Below are positions 60,517-64,000 of a stretch of DNA of 64,000 nt, in pieces. The notes under the pieces are model-generated. The model was not told the DNA's origin, searched no databases, and saw nothing but the letters and a program-made list of their open reading frames with translations. Position numbers and translations under genes: made by a program. How positions within the stretch are numbered: the first letter of the stretch is position 1; the number at the start of each line of letters is the position of its first letter. Location of the stretch: contig CAXUKS010000011.1 of the NCBI GenBank assembly GCA_964251675.1, forward strand, positions 15,177-79,176, given 5' to 3'. The stretch is from an uncultured Armatimonadales bacterium. Lineage in GTDB: Bacteria > Armatimonadota > Armatimonadia > Armatimonadales > Capsulimonadaceae.

Positions 60517-61026
60517 ATGAGCATGGAAAAACTAGTTGCTCGTATCGCGGATATGCCAGATTGTCATATTTTGCCTCGGACGGGTCAACCTTTGGTGACC
60601 GGGCCGCATCTGCTGCCTGATGATCTGGTCACGTTCTACGAATTGTGCGGTGGTGCGCTCTTGTTTGAGAATGCAAGCTACTCCACTTCCATTGTTCCGC
60701 CTCAAGAGATGATACCAGCCAATCCGGTCATTAGAGGTGAGAACATTGAAGATGACATCTCTGAAACATGGTATATACTTGCTGACGATCTGAATGGCGA
60801 CTATTTCACCATTGACTTAGGCCGCGAACGCCTGGGCCGCTGCTATGATAGTTTCTGGGATGTTCATGCGATGCCTGGCGACTCCAAAGTTATAGCGACG
60901 TCGTTCACCGATTTCCTAGTTCGAATGCTTAACAACAAAGGACAGCATTGGTACTTCCTACAGCCAGAATTCGTGTCTCTCGGAGACGCCTATGATGAAC
61001 CGGCACCAACAGCTATGAAAGAGTAG
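60517..61026 (+). CDS. SMI1/KNR4 (SUKH-1) family protein
   Basis: 169 aa. LPDDLVTFYELCGGALLF...WYILADDLNGDYFTIDL... pattern of SUKH immunity-type proteins. AT-richer than metH. Confidence 0.65.
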   Translation: MSMEKLVARIADMPDCHILPRTGQPLVTGPHLLPDDLVTFYELCGGALLFENASYSTSIVPPQEMIPANPVIRGENIEDDISETWYILADDLNGDYFTIDLGRERLGRCYDSFWDVHAMPGDSKVIATSFTDFLVRMLNNKGQHWYFLQPEFVSLGDAYDEPAPTAMKE

Positions 61027-61033
61027 GCTCCCT

Positions 61034-61666
61034 ATGTCACAGACAGCCACTGCAACACGCCCTGGTTCCCCTGACGCGCCGCCGAAAATGACCTATGAAG
61101 AGTTCTTGGAATGGGCGGATGAAGATACCCATGCCGAGTGGGTAGGTGGAGAAATTATATATATGAGTCCGGTTTCCAATCGGCATCAAGAAATCAGTTC
61201 TTTTCTGATTCCGTACCTGACAATGTTTGTGCAAGAGCGGCATCTGGGCGTGATACGTTTCGAGTCATTCCAGATGAAGCTCGTATCAAACCTGCCAGGC
61301 CGTGAGCCGGATATTTTGTTCATCTCGAATGCACGAATGGCAGACCTCCAGAACAGCTTTCTGGATGGCCCTGCGGATTTGGTGGTGGAAATAATCAGCC
61401 CCGAAAGTGTGTACCGGGACACGGTGGAAAAGTTTGGCGAATACCAGAGGTCGGGAGTAGGGGAGTACTGGCTGCTGAACCCCATGCAGCGAACAGCGAC
61501 TTTCTTCGTGCGCGGGGAGGATGCAATTTTTCACAGCGTTCCGCCGGATGACGACGGCAGATACCACTCTACTGTGCTGGAAGGTCTTTCGCTTCGCATT
61601 GGATTGTTGTGGCAGTCGCCCCCGCCGACTGTACGCGAGGTGCTGACAGCCTGGGAGGAGCTGTAG
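61034..61666 (+). CDS. Uma2 (DUF820) family restriction-endonuclease-like protein
   Basis: MTYEEFLEW....AEWV.GEI....P....H..I...L, PDILFIS, PADLVVEIISPES, YQRSGVGEYWLLNP. Confidence 0.8.
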   Translation: MSQTATATRPGSPDAPPKMTYEEFLEWADEDTHAEWVGGEIIYMSPVSNRHQEISSFLIPYLTMFVQERHLGVIRFESFQMKLVSNLPGREPDILFISNARMADLQNSFLDGPADLVVEIISPESVYRDTVEKFGEYQRSGVGEYWLLNPMQRTATFFVRGEDAIFHSVPPDDDGRYHSTVLEGLSLRIGLLWQSPPPTVREVLTAWEEL

Positions 61667-61698
61667 GCAATGGTCAACGTGCTTTGTTGTCGTCACCA

Positions 61699-61728
61699 TT
61701 GACAGAACAGGTGTGATTGTGACATAAT
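61699..61728 (+). promoter_or_regulatory. candidate sigma-70-type promoter of the nuo operon
   Basis: TTGACA (61699..61704), an 18-nt spacer, then TGaCATAAT (61720..61728). About 50 nt upstream of nuoA. Confidence 0.5.
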
Positions 61729-61778
61729 TCACAAGAAGGGCGGCCCGAGCCGCCGAGTGATTTTAGAAGGGGACCGCC

Positions 61779-62207
61779 ATGCTGCCAATTGCGCCCGCGC
61801 CCACACCACAAATCTCGGATTACCTCCCGCTGCTGATTATTTTGATTGTCGCTATCGGCCTGGCGTCGGTGCTGGTCGGCCTGTCCTGGATACTTGGCCC
61901 CAAAAAGCCATCGGCGGCGAAGCTAGCCCCCTACGAATGCGGCGTCAGCCCCGTCGGCTCGGCGCGGGAGCGGTTTCCGGTCAAGTTTTATTTGATTGCG
62001 ATGCTGTTTATCGTATTTGACATTGAAACTGTCTTTTTGTATCCCTGGGCGGTGACATTCACGCAATGGGTGAAGCAGCCAGCCCTGACATACGTGCAGG
62101 GACATCAGATGCAGCTTTTTAGCCTCGGCGAGATGATTACGTTTATTGTCATCCTGTTTGTGGGTTATATTTACGTTTGGAAAAAAGGGGCCTTCGAATG
62201 GGAGTAG
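61779..62207 (+). CDS. nuoA: NADH-quinone oxidoreductase subunit A
   Basis: [25 protein letters not shown]. About 15 extra residues before TM3. Confidence 0.9.
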   Translation: MLPIAPAPTPQISDYLPLLIILIVAIGLASVLVGLSWILGPKKPSAAKLAPYECGVSPVGSARERFPVKFYLIAMLFIVFDIETVFLYPWAVTFTQWVKQPALTYVQGHQMQLFSLGEMITFIVILFVGYIYVWKKGAFEWE

Positions 62208-62671
62208 AGCAAAACTTAGGTGTTCTGACCGTGCCGCTGAACAAAGTCGTCAACTGGGCACGCCGCAACTCGGTCTGGCCCGCGACCTTTGGCCTGGCCT
62301 GCTGCGCCATTGAAATGATGGGCAGCACCAACTCGCGCAACGACCTGGCCCGGTTCGGCTCGGAAGCGTTCCGCGCCTCGCCCCGGCAGGCGGACCTGAT
62401 GATTGTGGCGGGCCGCGTCTCCAAAAAGATGGCCCCGGTCCTGCGGCAGATTTACGATCAGATGCCCGAGCCGAAGTGGGTCATCTCGATGGGCGACTGC
62501 GCCTCCTGCGGCGGCGTGTTCAACAACTACGCGATTTTGCAGGGCGTAGACCAGATCGTGCCTGTGGACATTTATGTTCCCGGCTGCCCGCCGAACCCGG
62601 ACGCGCTGATTTATGCGATCAATCAGTTGCAGAAGAAAATCGACCGCGAGCATTTCAGCGACACACGGTAG
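62198..62671 (+). CDS. nuoB: NADH-quinone oxidoreductase subunit B
   Basis: Start at ATG 62198. [24 protein letters not shown] cluster N2 ligands. Confidence 0.93.
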   Translation: MGVEQNLGVLTVPLNKVVNWARRNSVWPATFGLACCAIEMMGSTNSRNDLARFGSEAFRASPRQADLMIVAGRVSKKMAPVLRQIYDQMPEPKWVISMGDCASCGGVFNNYAILQGVDQIVPVDIYVPGCPPNPDALIYAINQLQKKIDREHFSDTR

Positions 62672-62687
62672 AGTAGATTAACAAGAT

Positions 62688-62814
62688 CGAGGGGTTAAAA
62701 ACCCCTCGCTAGGAGGGGCGTCCTGCGGACGACAGAGAAGGACCATCCGCTGCAGGCTTCCAACTTCTTCCGTCCGAAGGACGCCTAACCTAGCGAGTAG
62801 TTTTCAACTACTCG
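62688..62814. repeat. miniature inverted-repeat element, family B (CGAGGGGTTAAAAACCCCTCG terminal hairpins)
   Basis: cgaggggttaaaaacccctcgctaggaggggcgtcctgcggacg ... cgtccgaaggacgcctaacctagcgagtagttttcaactactcg. Sits between nuoB and nuoC. Confidence 0.85.
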
Positions 62815-62848
62815 TCTTTCGCCACAAACCGTAGACGAGAACAAAACT

Positions 62849-63454
62849 ATGGACTATGATGTGCGCCTCGGCCTCACGCCGACGGATTTGCAGCTACGCG
62901 AAATTCAGACCAAGCGACCCGATGAGTGGGTGGAGCTGAACCCCGATGACCATGCCGAATTAAGACTCATTCAGGAGCATTTCCCTGGCTCCGTGGTGCA
63001 GACCCGCCTGTTTCGCGGCGAAAAAACCATTGTCATCAAAAAAGACAACGTAGTCGGTATCTGCAAGCTGCTCCGGGACAGCGGCGAGACGAATTACAAC
63101 TACCTGTCGGACATCACCTGCTTCGACCGGCTGGACATCATGGACGAAGATGACGACAAAGAAATGCGCTTTGAAGTCATCTACAATCTGTACTCCATGG
63201 GGACGTTCGGGCGTTTGCGCCTCAAAGCCCAGGTGCATGAGGACGAGGCCGCGATTGACACTGTGGAAGGTGTCTGGCCCAATGCCAATTGGGTGGAGCG
63301 CGAAGTCTACGATATGTTCGGCATTTCGTTCAATAATCACAGCGACCTGCGGCGGATTTTGATGCCCGACGACTGGATCGGCCATCCTCTGCGGAAAGAC
63401 TTCCCCCTCGGCGGCGAGGAAGTCGAGTTCACCTACAACGTCCGCGAGCAGTAG
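62849..63454 (+). CDS. nuoC: NADH-quinone oxidoreductase subunit C
   Basis: 201 aa. [21 protein letters not shown] segment. Confidence 0.9.
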   Translation: MDYDVRLGLTPTDLQLREIQTKRPDEWVELNPDDHAELRLIQEHFPGSVVQTRLFRGEKTIVIKKDNVVGICKLLRDSGETNYNYLSDITCFDRLDIMDEDDDKEMRFEVIYNLYSMGTFGRLRLKAQVHEDEAAIDTVEGVWPNANWVEREVYDMFGISFNNHSDLRRILMPDDWIGHPLRKDFPLGGEEVEFTYNVREQ

Positions 63455-63478
63455 GCAAGTTTTAGAAAGCGTACCTCC

Positions 63479-64000
63479 ATGGCAACTCTTGAGCGCGATT
63501 TAATTACCAACACCGAGCCGGACCCGGCATTGATTCAGCGCCTCGGGGCGGGTATCGATGCCGAGCGCGTCCACACCGATGACGGCGATCTAATGATCGT
63601 CAACATGGGGCCGCAGCACCCGTCCACCCACGGCGTTCTGCGCCTTGTGGTGGAGCTGAACGGCGAGAACGTCATGAAGGCCACGCCGCACATCGGCTAT
63701 CTCCATACGGGTCTGGAAAAGACCATGGAGAACATGACGTACTACAAGGCCCTGACCATCACGGACCGGGAAGATTACCTTTCCAACCTGATGAACAACC
63801 TGGCCTACTCGATGGCTGTCGAAAAGCTGATTGACTGCGAAATCCCCCCCCGTGCCCAGCGTCTGCGCTTGATTCTAAACGAACTGGAGCGTATTGCCTC
63901 GCACCTGCTGTGGCTCGGGACGCACGCCCTGGACATCGGGGCAATGACCCTGTTCTTCTATACGTGGCGTGAGCGCGACCAGATTCTGGACATGAAGGAA
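63479..64000 (+). CDS. nuoD: NADH-quinone oxidoreductase subunit D, N-terminal part (3' end outside window)
   Basis: ATG 63479 is open to the window end. My own translation gives MIVNMGPQHPSTHGVLRLVVELNGE...PHIGYLHTGLEK. Not in the ORF track because no stop is reached. Confidence 0.88.
   Translation, partial: MATLERDLITNTEPDPALIQRLGAGIDAERVHTDDGDLMIVNMGPQHPSTHGVLRLVVELNGENVMKATPHIGYLHTGLEKTMENMTYYKALTITDREDYLSNLMNNLAYSMAVEKLIDCEIPPRAQRLRLILNELERIASHLLWLGTHALDIGAMTLFFYTWRERDQILDMKE

Noticed and set aside
1-64000. Prophage, IS element, integron or defence island (restriction-modification, CBASS, TA pairs and similar).
   Set aside because: I recognised no integrase, transposase, recombinase, phage structural gene or canonical defence gene. 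The NTase-fold, Uma2 and SUKH genes are isolated, without partner genes. I therefore do not call a defence system.

Overview
High-GC bacterial chromosomal segment (G+C judged by eye, not computed). I count about 66 credible protein-coding genes. I found no rRNA, tRNA, CRISPR array, transposase or integrase, but that scan was by eye only.

Housekeeping genes: accD (5' partial)-accA, hisS, rpmB, tatD-like, nadC, a birA-like ligase, cysE, ldcA-like, cdd, tlyA, a ROK sugar kinase, metH and nuoA-B-C-D (nuoD 3' partial).

Accessory content:
- A tightly coupled membrane protein / DUF1800 / DUF1501 / ECF sigma / anti-sigma / paralogous membrane protein block.
- A SteA / MctB-like / GT2 / double-FHA block.
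- An AbrB-like regulator with an OMF-MFP-RND efflux operon. The TolC-like protein carries a long Gly/Thr-rich insertion.
- A MacA/MacB-type ABC efflux operon.
- A PadR module.
- A degenerate DUF1559 prepilin-like protein.
- A run of same-strand genes from 46143 to 55406. It starts with ORFan genes, including a lipoprotein with an FG/RG-rich tail. It continues with a phosphodiester glycosidase, an HD protein, three AT-richer unknown genes and an MsbA-like exporter.
- An SMI1/KNR4 plus Uma2 islet between metH and nuo.

The strongest signal is non-coding. About 20 loci carry miniature palindromic repeats, most of them in intergenic gaps. At least five sequence families share one design: a terminal hairpin with an AT-rich loop, a linker, then a GTCC...GGAC-type hairpin. 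They occur as about 130-160 bp elements with terminal inverted repeats or as single arms. They also sit between genes of operons, inside one CDS in frame, and in one case as a tandemly amplified 13-mer.

DUF1559, DUF1800 and DUF1501 suggest a PVC- or Armatimonadota-like organism. That is inference only.
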